From Marinospirillum alkalitolerans (lineage in GTDB: Bacteria > Pseudomonadota > Gammaproteobacteria > Pseudomonadales > Halomonadaceae): 24,000 nucleotides of DNA. Positions 8,538-16,072 of the stretch are shown here, in pieces (within the stretch, counting starts at the first letter, position 1; every line of letters starts with the position of its first letter). Below the pieces are notes generated by a model that worked only from the letters and a program-made list of their open reading frames with translations, made no database searches and was not told the DNA's origin. The position numbers were made by a program, and so were the translations under genes. The stretch lies in assembly GCF_045055655.1 (NCBI RefSeq), contig NZ_JBANFI010000003.1, positions 151,350 through 175,349 on the forward strand. The letters run 5' to 3'.

Positions 8538-9667
8538 GCATTCGGATTCAACAAGTCAGTAAATCCTTTGGATCTTTCCAAGCCCTGCATCCACTGAATC
8601 TGGATATCCAGGATGGCGAAATGGTCGGACTGCTCGGTCCTTCTGGCTCAGGCAAAACCACGCTGCTGCGCATGATCGCCGGTTTAGAAAGCTGCGATAC
8701 AGGGAAAATTTTCTTTCAGGATCAAGAAGTCACCCGCCAGCATGTGCGCGACCGCCGCGTTGGCTTTGTGTTTCAGCACTATGCCCTGTTCAAGCATATG
8801 ACCGTGGCCGAGAATATTGCCTTTGGTCTGGATGTGCTGCCCAAATCCCAGCGGCCACCACAGCAGGAGATTCAGCGTCGCGTCAGTGAGCTGTTGGAGC
8901 GCATTCAGCTCCCCCATCTGGCCCAACGCTACCCCACTCAGCTCTCTGGTGGTCAGAAGCAGCGTGTGGCGCTGGCTCGGGCGCTGGCCATGCAGCCACG
9001 CGTGCTGCTGCTCGATGAGCCCTTTGGCGCTTTGGATGCGAAGGTGCGTAAAGAGCTGCGCCGCTGGCTGCGTGAACTCCATGACGAGCTGGGTTTTACC
9101 AGTGTTTTTGTCACCCATGATCAGGAAGAAGCGCTCGAAGTCTCCGATCGTGTAGTGGTGATGAGCCAAGGACGCATCGAGCAGCAGGCTACGCCGCAGG
9201 AACTCTATCATCAGCCAGCCTCACGCTTTGTGTATGACTTTTTAGGTCAGGTCAATATCTTCTCTGGGCAGGTGCAAGGCAAGAAGATGTCTCAGGGCGA
9301 AGCCTGGATCGAACTGCCTCACCCTCTCAAAGCTGAGCAAGGTGAAGTCTTTCTGCGCTCGCATGAGCTGGCCCTCAGCCGCGAGCCAGTGCAAAAGGCC
9401 CATCTGCCCATGCAGATCAATGCCATCAACCTGATCGGTGCCGAAGTCCGCCTTGAACTGCTACCGCAAGGCTGGTCCAGCGCCGAACCCTGGGAAGTGG
9501 CCATCAGCCATCAGGACTTTAATAGCTGGCAGCCACAAAGGGGTGATCGCTGCTTCCTGCGTCCTCTGGCGGGCCAGTTTTTTGCCGCTGCAGAGGCCAG
9601 CGTAACGCCAGCAGGACCTGAGCCGCTGAACTGGTCATCTTCCACAAGAATTTCACTAGCGAGTTAA
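8534..9667 (+). CDS. cysA: Sulfate/thiosulfate import ATP-binding protein CysA
   Basis: Start at ATG 8534 ([12 protein letters not shown]). Walker [13 protein letters not shown] signature LSGGQKQR, Walker B LLLDEPF, H-loop VTHD, and a C-terminal TOBE-like regulatory domain. Confidence 0.9.
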   Translation: MSIRIQQVSKSFGSFQALHPLNLDIQDGEMVGLLGPSGSGKTTLLRMIAGLESCDTGKIFFQDQEVTRQHVRDRRVGFVFQHYALFKHMTVAENIAFGLDVLPKSQRPPQQEIQRRVSELLERIQLPHLAQRYPTQLSGGQKQRVALARALAMQPRVLLLDEPFGALDAKVRKELRRWLRELHDELGFTSVFVTHDQEEALEVSDRVVVMSQGRIEQQATPQELYHQPASRFVYDFLGQVNIFSGQVQGKKMSQGEAWIELPHPLKAEQGEVFLRSHELALSREPVQKAHLPMQINAINLIGAEVRLELLPQGWSSAEPWEVAISHQDFNSWQPQRGDRCFLRPLAGQFFAAAEASVTPAGPEPLNWSSSTRISLAS

Positions 9668-9714
9668 CAGGGGATGCGTTAGATTGCCCACTCAGTCTCA
9701 CTTTCTTGAGGATA

Positions 9715-10044
9715 GGCTCAGCGCGTCAACTACCCCAGCCTGAAGGCAGGAGTTTGTGAAAGCAAGCTAGGTTGACCAGGGAAAGCGGCAACCAATCCGC
9801 TACGTTAGCAATAGGTCGTGAAGACCCACCAGCGAATGCTTCCTCAGTTCGCTGCTCTGGAAGAACAGGATCATGCTGGCGCAAGGTAAAACGCCGAAGG
9901 TTCTGTTCGCCACTTCTTTTAAGAAGTGGGAGCCGATTGCTGACTTTCCCGAGGGGAGACAGGGCGTAAGCCCTGCGTCACTAGAACCCGTAAGGGCTGA
10001 ATTTAAAGTTTGAAGGCTTGAAAGTTGAATAGCGGAGAAACAGC
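9715..10044 (+). ncRNA. Candidate IscB omegaRNA (HEARO-type scaffold); the 5' boundary and guide are not resolved
   Basis: 377-nt gap with no credible ORF, directly upstream of and co-oriented with iscB. Densely packed stem-loops: 9784-9801, 9814-9826, 9830-9854, 9863-9908 (enclosing 9878-9895), 9910-9929, 9945-9959, 9961-9974 (GTAA loop), 9987-9996 (GTAA loop). The blocks GACCAGGGAAAGCGGCAACCAATCCGCTAC and TTTCCCGAGGGGAGACAGGGCGTAAGCCCTGCG resemble, from memory, conserved parts of published IscB omegaRNAs. Confidence 0.7.
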
Positions 10045-11400
10045 ATGGCTGTTTTTGTACTGGACAAGCGTAAAACACCACTGATGCCCTGCTCTGAAAA
10101 ACGAGCACGGCAGCTATTAGTGCGTGGGCGTGCAGTGGTACACAAAGTGCGCCCCTTCACGATTCGCTTGAAAGATCGACTGGCCGCTGACTCCACTTTT
10201 CAGCCACTACAGACCAAGATTGATCCAGGCAGCAAAATCACGGGCTTAGCGGTAGTGCGCGAAGATGAACAGCAGCCCGAAAGACAGGTCGTGCTCTGCT
10301 TGTTTGAGCTGATTCATCGTGGATTTCAAATCAAGCAAGCCTTAGAGCAGCGTCGTGCTTTTCGCCGCCGCCGTAGAAATCAGCTCCGCTACCGTGCTGC
10401 GCGTTTTGATAATCGCACCAAGCCCAAAGGTTGGCTGGCTCCAAGCTTACAGCATCGGGTGGATACGACAGTAGATTGGGTGCAGCGGATCATAAAATTA
10501 ACCCCGATCACCAGCATTCAGCAAGAGCTGGTGCGCTTTGATACGCAGAGGCTCGATAATCCCGAGATCAGCGGCGTGGAGTATCAGCAAGGCACTTTGC
10601 TGGGCTATGAAGTGCGCGAGTATCTTTTGGAAAAGTGGGGCCGTGCATGTGCTTACTGCGGCACCCAAGACGTGCCACTCCAGATTGAGCATATTCACCC
10701 GAAAAGCCAAGGTGGATCAAATCGCATCAGTAATTTGACGCTGGCCTGCCACCAGTGCAATCAAGCCAAGAATAATCAGCCGATTGCAGTCTTTTTTGAG
10801 CAGGACAAAGGCTTAAAGCGCCGCTTGAAGAAACAGGGTCTCTCGGCTGAAAAGCAGCTGGGCCGTGTACTGAAGCAATGTAAAAAGCCACTGAAAGATG
10901 CAGCTGCGGTGAATGCGACTCGCTGGGCATTGTTGAATGCACTCAAGCAAATAGATCTACCTGTTTTAACAGGCACTGGCGGCCAAACAAAATTCAATCG
11001 CCAGCGCCTTGGTATACCAAAAACTCACGCGCTGGATGCGGTTTGCGTAGGCCAGATTGAACAGATTGAAGGCTGGCAGCGACCCACCTTAACGATCAAG
11101 GCATCAGGAAGGGGCTGCTATCAGCGCACTCGCTTAGATCGTTTTGGCTTCCCTCGCGGTTACTTGATGCGCCAGAAAAGCGTGCAAGGTTTTCAAACGG
11201 GTGATTTGGTGAAGGCCGAGGTACCATCAGGCAAGAAGGCGGGTATTCACACGGGTCGTGTCGCTATCAGAAAAACAGGCAGTTTTAATATCCAGCTTCC
11301 TGATCAGATTATTCAGGGCATCAGCTGGAAATATTGCCGAATGCTTCAACGTGGTGATGGCTATGGCTACCACCAAACTTCAACAGTTCTAAGAACATAA
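10045..11400 (+). CDS. iscB: IscB: RNA-guided DNA endonuclease of the IS200/IS605 (ISC) family, the Cas9-ancestor type (PLMP + split RuvC + bridge helix + HNH + C-terminal TAM-interaction-like domain)
   Basis: 451 aa. PLMP motif at residues 12-15. RuvC-I IDPGSKITGLAVV (D60). Arg-rich bridge helix QRRAFRRRRRNQLRYRAARFDNR...GWLAPSL. RuvC-II QQELVRFD (E161). HNH with zinc knuckles CAYCG...IEHIHP...SNL...CHQCN (C202/C205, H216, N230, C235/C238). RuvC-III THALDA (H328, D331). C-terminal GFQTGDLV...GRVAIRKTGSFNI barrel. GGAG RBS 7 nt upstream. Confidence 0.9.
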   Translation: MAVFVLDKRKTPLMPCSEKRARQLLVRGRAVVHKVRPFTIRLKDRLAADSTFQPLQTKIDPGSKITGLAVVREDEQQPERQVVLCLFELIHRGFQIKQALEQRRAFRRRRRNQLRYRAARFDNRTKPKGWLAPSLQHRVDTTVDWVQRIIKLTPITSIQQELVRFDTQRLDNPEISGVEYQQGTLLGYEVREYLLEKWGRACAYCGTQDVPLQIEHIHPKSQGGSNRISNLTLACHQCNQAKNNQPIAVFFEQDKGLKRRLKKQGLSAEKQLGRVLKQCKKPLKDAAAVNATRWALLNALKQIDLPVLTGTGGQTKFNRQRLGIPKTHALDAVCVGQIEQIEGWQRPTLTIKASGRGCYQRTRLDRFGFPRGYLMRQKSVQGFQTGDLVKAEVPSGKKAGIHTGRVAIRKTGSFNIQLPDQIIQGISWKYCRMLQRGDGYGYHQTSTVLRT

Positions 11401-11419
11401 AGGAGAAGCGAGAACAGGT

Positions 11420-11453
11420 AAAACGAGACCTCTATCAAGGTTACGTTTTCCAC
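11420..11453 (+). terminator. Hairpin + T-run downstream of iscB (terminator and/or subterminal transposon-end hairpin)
   Basis: Imperfect 12-bp stem AAAACGAGACCT (11420-11431) / AGGTTACGTTTT (11438-11449), 10 of 12 paired, with loop CTATCA. The 3' arm ends in TTTT. Located 20 nt after the iscB stop. Confidence 0.4.
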
Positions 11454-11485
11454 TCTGAGCTAAAGCACGGAGTTTCTCGCGTAAA

Positions 11486-13750
11486 ATGATGAAATTTCGT
11501 TTCCCCGTCATCGTGGTCGATGAAGATTTTCGTTCAGAAAATATTTCTGGTTCCGGTATTCGTGATCTCGCCGAAGCCATAGGTAAAGAAGGCATGGAGG
11601 TCGTGGGCTACACCAGCTATGGTGATCTCACGGCCTTTGCGCAGCAGGCCAGCCGCGCGTCCTGTTTTATTGTCTCCATTGATGACGAGGAATTTTCCGA
11701 TGAGGAAGAGGGTGTCGATCGTGCTTTAGAGCAGATTGGCAGCTTTATTCGTGAAGTGCGCAAGCGCAATCATGATATCCCTATCTTTCTGTACGGCGAA
11801 ACGCGCACCTCGCGCCATATTCCGAATGCCATCCTGCGTGAACTGCATGGTTTTATCCATATGTTTGAGGATACGCCTGAGTTTGTGGCACGGCATATTA
11901 TTCGTGAAGCCAAAAAATACCTTGATGCGCTGGCACCGCCCTTTTTTACTGCGCTGATGGACTATGCCAGCGACTCCTCCTACTCCTGGCACTGCCCAGG
12001 ACATTCAGGGGGGGTGGCCTTTCTAAAAAGCCCCGTCGGGCAGATGTTCCACCAGTTCTTTGGTGAGAATATGCTGCGTGCTGATGTCTGTAACGCCGTC
12101 GATGAACTGGGCCAGCTGCTTGATCACACCGGCCCAGTTGCCGACAGTGAGCATAATGCGGCGCGGATTTTTGGTTGTGATCACCTGTTCTTTGTCACCA
12201 ATGGCACCTCGACTTCAAACAAGGTGGTCTGGCACTCCACTGTCGCCCCTGGAGACGTGGTGGTGGTTGATCGCAACTGCCATAAATCGATTCTGCACTC
12301 CATCATCATGACGGGGGCGATTCCTGTCTTTTTGATGCCCACACGCAACCACTACGGCATTATTGGCCCCATCCCGAAGAGTGAATTTGATCCGGCCACG
12401 ATACGTGCCAAGATCGAAGCCAATCCCTTCGCACGCCATGCCGTCAATAAGGACAAGCCACGGATTCTGACCATCACCCAATCTACCTATGATGGTATTC
12501 TCTACAATGTGGAAGAGATCAAAGCCCAGCTGGGTCAGACCATCGATACGCTGCATTTTGATGAAGCCTGGCTGCCTCACGCTGCTTTTCATCCCTTCTA
12601 CAAGGATATGCATGCCATCGGTGCCGATCGTCCGCGTTCGGAAGAAACACTGGTCTTTGCGACCCAATCGACCCACAAGCTGCTGGCGGGTCTTTCTCAA
12701 GCGTCACAAATTCTGGTCCAAGATAGCCAAACCCGTCAGCTGGATCGCCATCGCTTCAATGAATCCTATCTGATGCACTCCTCCACCAGCCCCCAGTACG
12801 CGATTATTGCTTCCTGCGATGTGGCAGCAGCGATGATGGAAGAACCCGGTGGGCAAGCCCTGGTCGAAGAATCCATTCATGAAGCCATCGACTTCCGCCG
12901 CGCGATGCGCAAGGTCGATGCTGAATTCGGTGATGATGACTGGTGGTTTACTGTCTGGGGTCCAGAAGAACTCGCGGAAGAAGGCATAGGTGATCGAGAT
13001 GCCTGGGTGATTCATTCCGGAGATACCTGGCATGGTTTTGGGGACATCAAAACCGGCTTTAATATGCTCGATCCCATTAAAGCCACCATCATCACCCCCG
13101 GATTGGATGTCGATGGTAACTTTGATGCTCAGGGTATTCCTGCGGCGATTGTCAGCAAGTATCTGGCAGAGCACGGCATTATCATCGAAAAAACCGGCCT
13201 CTACTCCTTCTTCATCATGTTTACCATTGGCATTACCAAAGGCCGCTGGAATTCAATGGTGACTGAGCTCCAGCAGTTCAAAGATGACTATGATCGCAAC
13301 CAGCCGATCTGGCGGGTGATGCCTGAATTTGCCGCGCGCCATCCTCAGTATGAGAAAACGGGGCTGCGCGATTTATGCCATGCGATCCATCAGGTGTACA
13401 AGGAGTACAACCTGGCCCGCATCACCACTGATATGTATCTGTCCAATATCGAGCCTGCGATGCTGCCTGCCGAAGCCTGGGCGAAGATGGCGCACCGTCA
13501 GGTTGAGCGTTGCCCAATCGATGCCCTTGAAGGCCGTGTTACGGCGATGCTGGTCACCCCCTACCCGCCCGGCATTCCACTGCTGATTCCCGGCGAGAAG
13601 TTTAATGCCACCATCGTGCGCTATCTGAAGTTTGTACGTGATTTCAACCAGCGCTTTCCTGGCTTTGAAACCGATGTACATGGTCTGGTGCATGAAGAAG
13701 TCAACGGCGTGGATGGCTACTATGTTGATGTGGTGCAAGAAGCGCCCTGA
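11486..13750 (+). CDS. Orn/Lys/Arg decarboxylase family, PLP-dependent, large wing-domain type (LdcA-like lysine decarboxylase)
   Basis: 754 aa. N-terminal response-regulator-like wing (FPVIVVDEDF), SYSWHCPGHSGGVAF, PLP-lysine motif FATQSTHKLLAG, and C-terminal PYPPGIPLLIPGE. From memory, end-to-end resemblance to Pseudomonas LdcA. Substrate (Lys versus Arg) is not resolvable by eye. Confidence 0.85.
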   Translation: MMKFRFPVIVVDEDFRSENISGSGIRDLAEAIGKEGMEVVGYTSYGDLTAFAQQASRASCFIVSIDDEEFSDEEEGVDRALEQIGSFIREVRKRNHDIPIFLYGETRTSRHIPNAILRELHGFIHMFEDTPEFVARHIIREAKKYLDALAPPFFTALMDYASDSSYSWHCPGHSGGVAFLKSPVGQMFHQFFGENMLRADVCNAVDELGQLLDHTGPVADSEHNAARIFGCDHLFFVTNGTSTSNKVVWHSTVAPGDVVVVDRNCHKSILHSIIMTGAIPVFLMPTRNHYGIIGPIPKSEFDPATIRAKIEANPFARHAVNKDKPRILTITQSTYDGILYNVEEIKAQLGQTIDTLHFDEAWLPHAAFHPFYKDMHAIGADRPRSEETLVFATQSTHKLLAGLSQASQILVQDSQTRQLDRHRFNESYLMHSSTSPQYAIIASCDVAAAMMEEPGGQALVEESIHEAIDFRRAMRKVDAEFGDDDWWFTVWGPEELAEEGIGDRDAWVIHSGDTWHGFGDIKTGFNMLDPIKATIITPGLDVDGNFDAQGIPAAIVSKYLAEHGIIIEKTGLYSFFIMFTIGITKGRWNSMVTELQQFKDDYDRNQPIWRVMPEFAARHPQYEKTGLRDLCHAIHQVYKEYNLARITTDMYLSNIEPAMLPAEAWAKMAHRQVERCPIDALEGRVTAMLVTPYPPGIPLLIPGEKFNATIVRYLKFVRDFNQRFPGFETDVHGLVHEEVNGVDGYYVDVVQEAP

Positions 13751-13780
13751 GCAGCCCCTCTCTGACTCTTAGCCACAAAA

Positions 13781-13804
13781 AAACCCTCGCAAGAGGGTTT
13801 TTTT
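13781..13804. terminator. Bidirectional intrinsic terminator between the convergent decarboxylase and deaD genes
   Basis: AAACCCTC (13781-13788) GCAA GAGGGTTT (13793-13800), flanked by an A-run upstream and a T-run downstream, so a hairpin followed by a U-tract forms on both strands. Confidence 0.8.
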
Positions 13805-13887
13805 ATGACCTATTTTAAGCCTGCTGGGTGGCGAGCTGAACTCCACACCCAGCGCTCAAGGGCAATGATGCCCTTGGCTGACGCCAT

Positions 13888-15618
13888 TTAGGCTGAAGCT
13901 GGGCGACGACGCAGTGGACGACGGCCAGCGTCATCTTCTGCAGCACGTGGCGCACTGCTGCCACCGGCTGAGCTGCTCAGGTTCATCGGTACACCACAGA
14001 TGCGTACGCGGGCCAGCGCCTGGAATACAGCCTTCGGCATGCCTTCTGGCAGATCGACGGTGCTGAAATCCTGTTGAATATCAATACGGCCAATGTTACG
14101 GCTAGAGATATTCGCTTCGTTGGCAATCGCTCCAACGATATTGGCTGGCTTGACACCATGCGAGCGGCCAATCGGCATACGGTAGCGCTTCATGCCTGCT
14201 TCTGGATCACGCGAACGTCCACGCGGGCCAGCAGCATCACGGCGACCACGGCCACCAGCATCATCTTCACGACGAGGACGATCACGCATCGGGCGCGGCT
14301 TCACTTCTTCAACCCACAAAGGCGTGTTGCCTTGGAACATCTTGGCCAAAGCGGCCGCAATGCGCAGCGGATCGGTATCGGTTTCGCTGTGGACTTCTTG
14401 CAGCAGCTTCTCGTACTGTTCGATATCACGAGCTTGCAAAGAGTGAATGATCTGCTCTTTAAAGCGCTCACTGCGCTTGGCATTGATCAGTTCCGCCTTT
14501 GGCAGCTCCATAGGCTCAATGCGCTGACCTGTACTGCGCTCAAGGTTGAACAGCAAACGCTTTTCGCGCTGAGTAACAAAAAGAATCGCCTGACCGCTCC
14601 GGCCCGCACGACCTGTCCGGCCAATACGGTGCACATAAGACTCGCTATCATGGGGCGGATCAAAGTTGATAACGTGGCTGATGCGTTCAACATCCAGACC
14701 ACGCGCGGCCACATCGGTCGCGACCAGAATATCCAACTGGCTCTTCTTTAACTTATCCACAGCCTGTTCGCGCTGCGCCTGTGCCATATCACCATGTAAA
14801 GCACTGGCACGGAAGCCACGGCTATTCAGGAAATCGGCCAGATCAGCACAGCTGGCTTTGGTACGGGTGAAGATGATGATGCCATCTGTGGCTTCAGCTT
14901 CAAGAATCCGCGTCAGGGCTTCAGGCTTCGGCAGACCGTTGACCATCCACACTCGCTGAGTGACGGTATCAGCGGTACGCGCTTTTGCCGCAATACGCAC
15001 TTCTTTAGGATCTTTGAGGTGACGCTGGGCAATGCGGCGGATCATCTCTGGCATGGTCGCCGAGAAGAGCACCACTTGACGCTCAGCTGGCGTCTGCTCA
15101 AGAATCCACTCCACATCATCAATAAAGCCCATACGCAGCATTTCGTCGGCTTCATCCAGCACCAGTGTTTTCAGCTGAGAAATATCCAGGCTGCCACGAC
15201 GCATATGGTCCATCACACGGCCAGGCGTACCGACTACGATCTGTGCGCCAGATTTCAGGGCACGCATCTGCTCGCGGTATTCTGCGCCACCGTAAAGGTT
15301 AGCCACCTTCACGCCTTTCATGTTCGCGCCATATTTTTCAACGGATTCGGCAACCTGCATCGCCAATTCACGCGTTGGTGCCAAAACTAAAACCTGAGGT
15401 GAACGTGCGTTCACATCTAGGCGGGCCAATAAAGGAAGAGAAAAGGCCGCTGTTTTGCCCGTCCCGGTTTGGGCCTGGCCTAATAAATCGTGTCCTTCCA
15501 GCAGCAGAGGAATCGTCTGTGCCTGGATAGGAGAAGGTTGGTTGTATTCAATAGCAGAAAGCAAAAAATCAGGAAGACCCAGCTCGTTAAAAGCGGGCAA
15601 ATTCGCGTCAGTAGACAT
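13888..15618 (-). CDS. deaD: ATP-dependent DEAD-box RNA helicase DeaD/CsdA
   Basis: Start taken at ATG 15618 (MSTDANLPAFNELGL). Q-motif PSPIQ, motif I AQTGTGKT, DEAD, SAT, HRIGRTGRAG. The Arg/Asp-rich linker and the C-terminal DbpA-type RNA-binding domain (GAIANEANISSRNIGRIDI) align well with E. coli DeaD. Confidence 0.9.
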   Translation of the reverse strand: MSTDANLPAFNELGLPDFLLSAIEYNQPSPIQAQTIPLLLEGHDLLGQAQTGTGKTAAFSLPLLARLDVNARSPQVLVLAPTRELAMQVAESVEKYGANMKGVKVANLYGGAEYREQMRALKSGAQIVVGTPGRVMDHMRRGSLDISQLKTLVLDEADEMLRMGFIDDVEWILEQTPAERQVVLFSATMPEMIRRIAQRHLKDPKEVRIAAKARTADTVTQRVWMVNGLPKPEALTRILEAEATDGIIIFTRTKASCADLADFLNSRGFRASALHGDMAQAQREQAVDKLKKSQLDILVATDVAARGLDVERISHVINFDPPHDSESYVHRIGRTGRAGRSGQAILFVTQREKRLLFNLERSTGQRIEPMELPKAELINAKRSERFKEQIIHSLQARDIEQYEKLLQEVHSETDTDPLRIAAALAKMFQGNTPLWVEEVKPRPMRDRPRREDDAGGRGRRDAAGPRGRSRDPEAGMKRYRMPIGRSHGVKPANIVGAIANEANISSRNIGRIDIQQDFSTVDLPEGMPKAVFQALARVRICGVPMNLSSSAGGSSAPRAAEDDAGRRPLRRRPASA

Positions 15619-15901
15619 CAATAATACCTGTGGTACAGAGGGAACGCAGAGGCGGGCGCGGGCCCGATACACAATTAAGGAAGGGCAACGACAGCCTGAT
15701 GCAGGGAATAGCCGTTCAGGGCTATCACATAAGAAGCGGGATTATAGCAGCCTTCTTCACACAAAGCCAAGTAAAGTCGCATTGAAAAAACCACTTCTGT
15801 GCTCGAGCGCAGCACAACAGGTACAGGGCTGCAGAAAAAGGCAAAGAAAAGGCAGCTAGAGGCACCTTCTCAGCCTATCCGTCTCAACAGCGGCGAGTAG
15901 A

Positions 15902-15931
15902 CTTATAAAAACTGCGTTTTTTATGATGCAA
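15902..15931 (-). promoter_or_regulatory. Tentative sigma70 promoter for deaD (implies a leader of about 280 nt)
   Basis: On the minus strand: TTGCAT (15931-15926), 18-nt spacer, TATAAG (15907-15902). Found by hexamer matching only. Confidence 0.25.
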
Positions 15932-16072
15932 ATGATGTTACTTTCGCAACTGCCCCTGTATTATGACGCATCAAGTTGACATGTTTTTGGGCATCCTGCC
16001 ATTGAAGAAAAGGGATTCTTACCCTGTAGCACCCGAATCTTTTCTTCTCTGCTGATCACCAGAGGACTCCTT

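Larger units (their letters stand above)
9700..11455 (+). mobile_element. Non-autonomous IS200/IS605-family ISC element (omegaRNA + iscB, no tnpA); ends approximate
   Basis: The iscB-omegaRNA pair occupies nearly the whole 1.8-kb cysA-decarboxylase intergenic gap. No Y1 transposase (TnpA) ORF and no terminal inverted repeats are visible, which is expected for this family. A subterminal hairpin lies at 11420-11449. Exact ends cannot be set without a comparison to an empty site. Confidence 0.55.

Noticed and set aside
8684-9211. 175-aa minus-strand ORF inside cysA; similar antisense ORFs at 12215-12700 and 12704-13174 inside the decarboxylase gene, and at 20663-21067 and 21286-21624 inside the RND pump gene
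   Set aside because: All lie antisense to genes with strong motif support. This is typical of long stop-free antisense frames in GC-rich coding DNA, and no domain signatures are present.
9772-10196. Short ORFs (65 aa on the plus strand, 102 aa and 71 aa on the minus strand) in the cysA-iscB spacer
   Set aside because: They have no RBS and odd composition, and they overlap the stem-loop-dense region better explained as the omegaRNA.
9668-11485. Looked for a CRISPR array, cas1/cas2, or a tnpA (Y1 HUH transposase) next to iscB
   Set aside because: No regularly spaced 25-40-bp direct repeats and no additional ORF fit in the gap, so this is an OMEGA/IscB locus and not a CRISPR-Cas9 locus or an autonomous IS.
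14074-14751. 225-aa plus-strand ORF, plus several 60-125-aa ORFs between 14192 and 15390, lying opposite deaD
   Set aside because: These are shadow ORFs antisense to a very well supported DEAD-box helicase gene. Their products are low-complexity (Thr/Arg/Ala-rich) with no recognisable motifs and no RBS.
15619-15672. 18-codon N-terminal extension of deaD (MYRARARLCVPSVPQVLL)
   Set aside because: DeaD homologues begin close to the F..LGL Q-motif. The internal ATG at 15618 gives the canonical N-terminus.
15976-16004. Perfect TTGACA hexamer upstream of the GGDEF-EAL gene as a -35 element
   Set aside because: The hexamer 17 nt downstream (CCATTG) is a poor -10, so a promoter call is not justified from the sequence alone.
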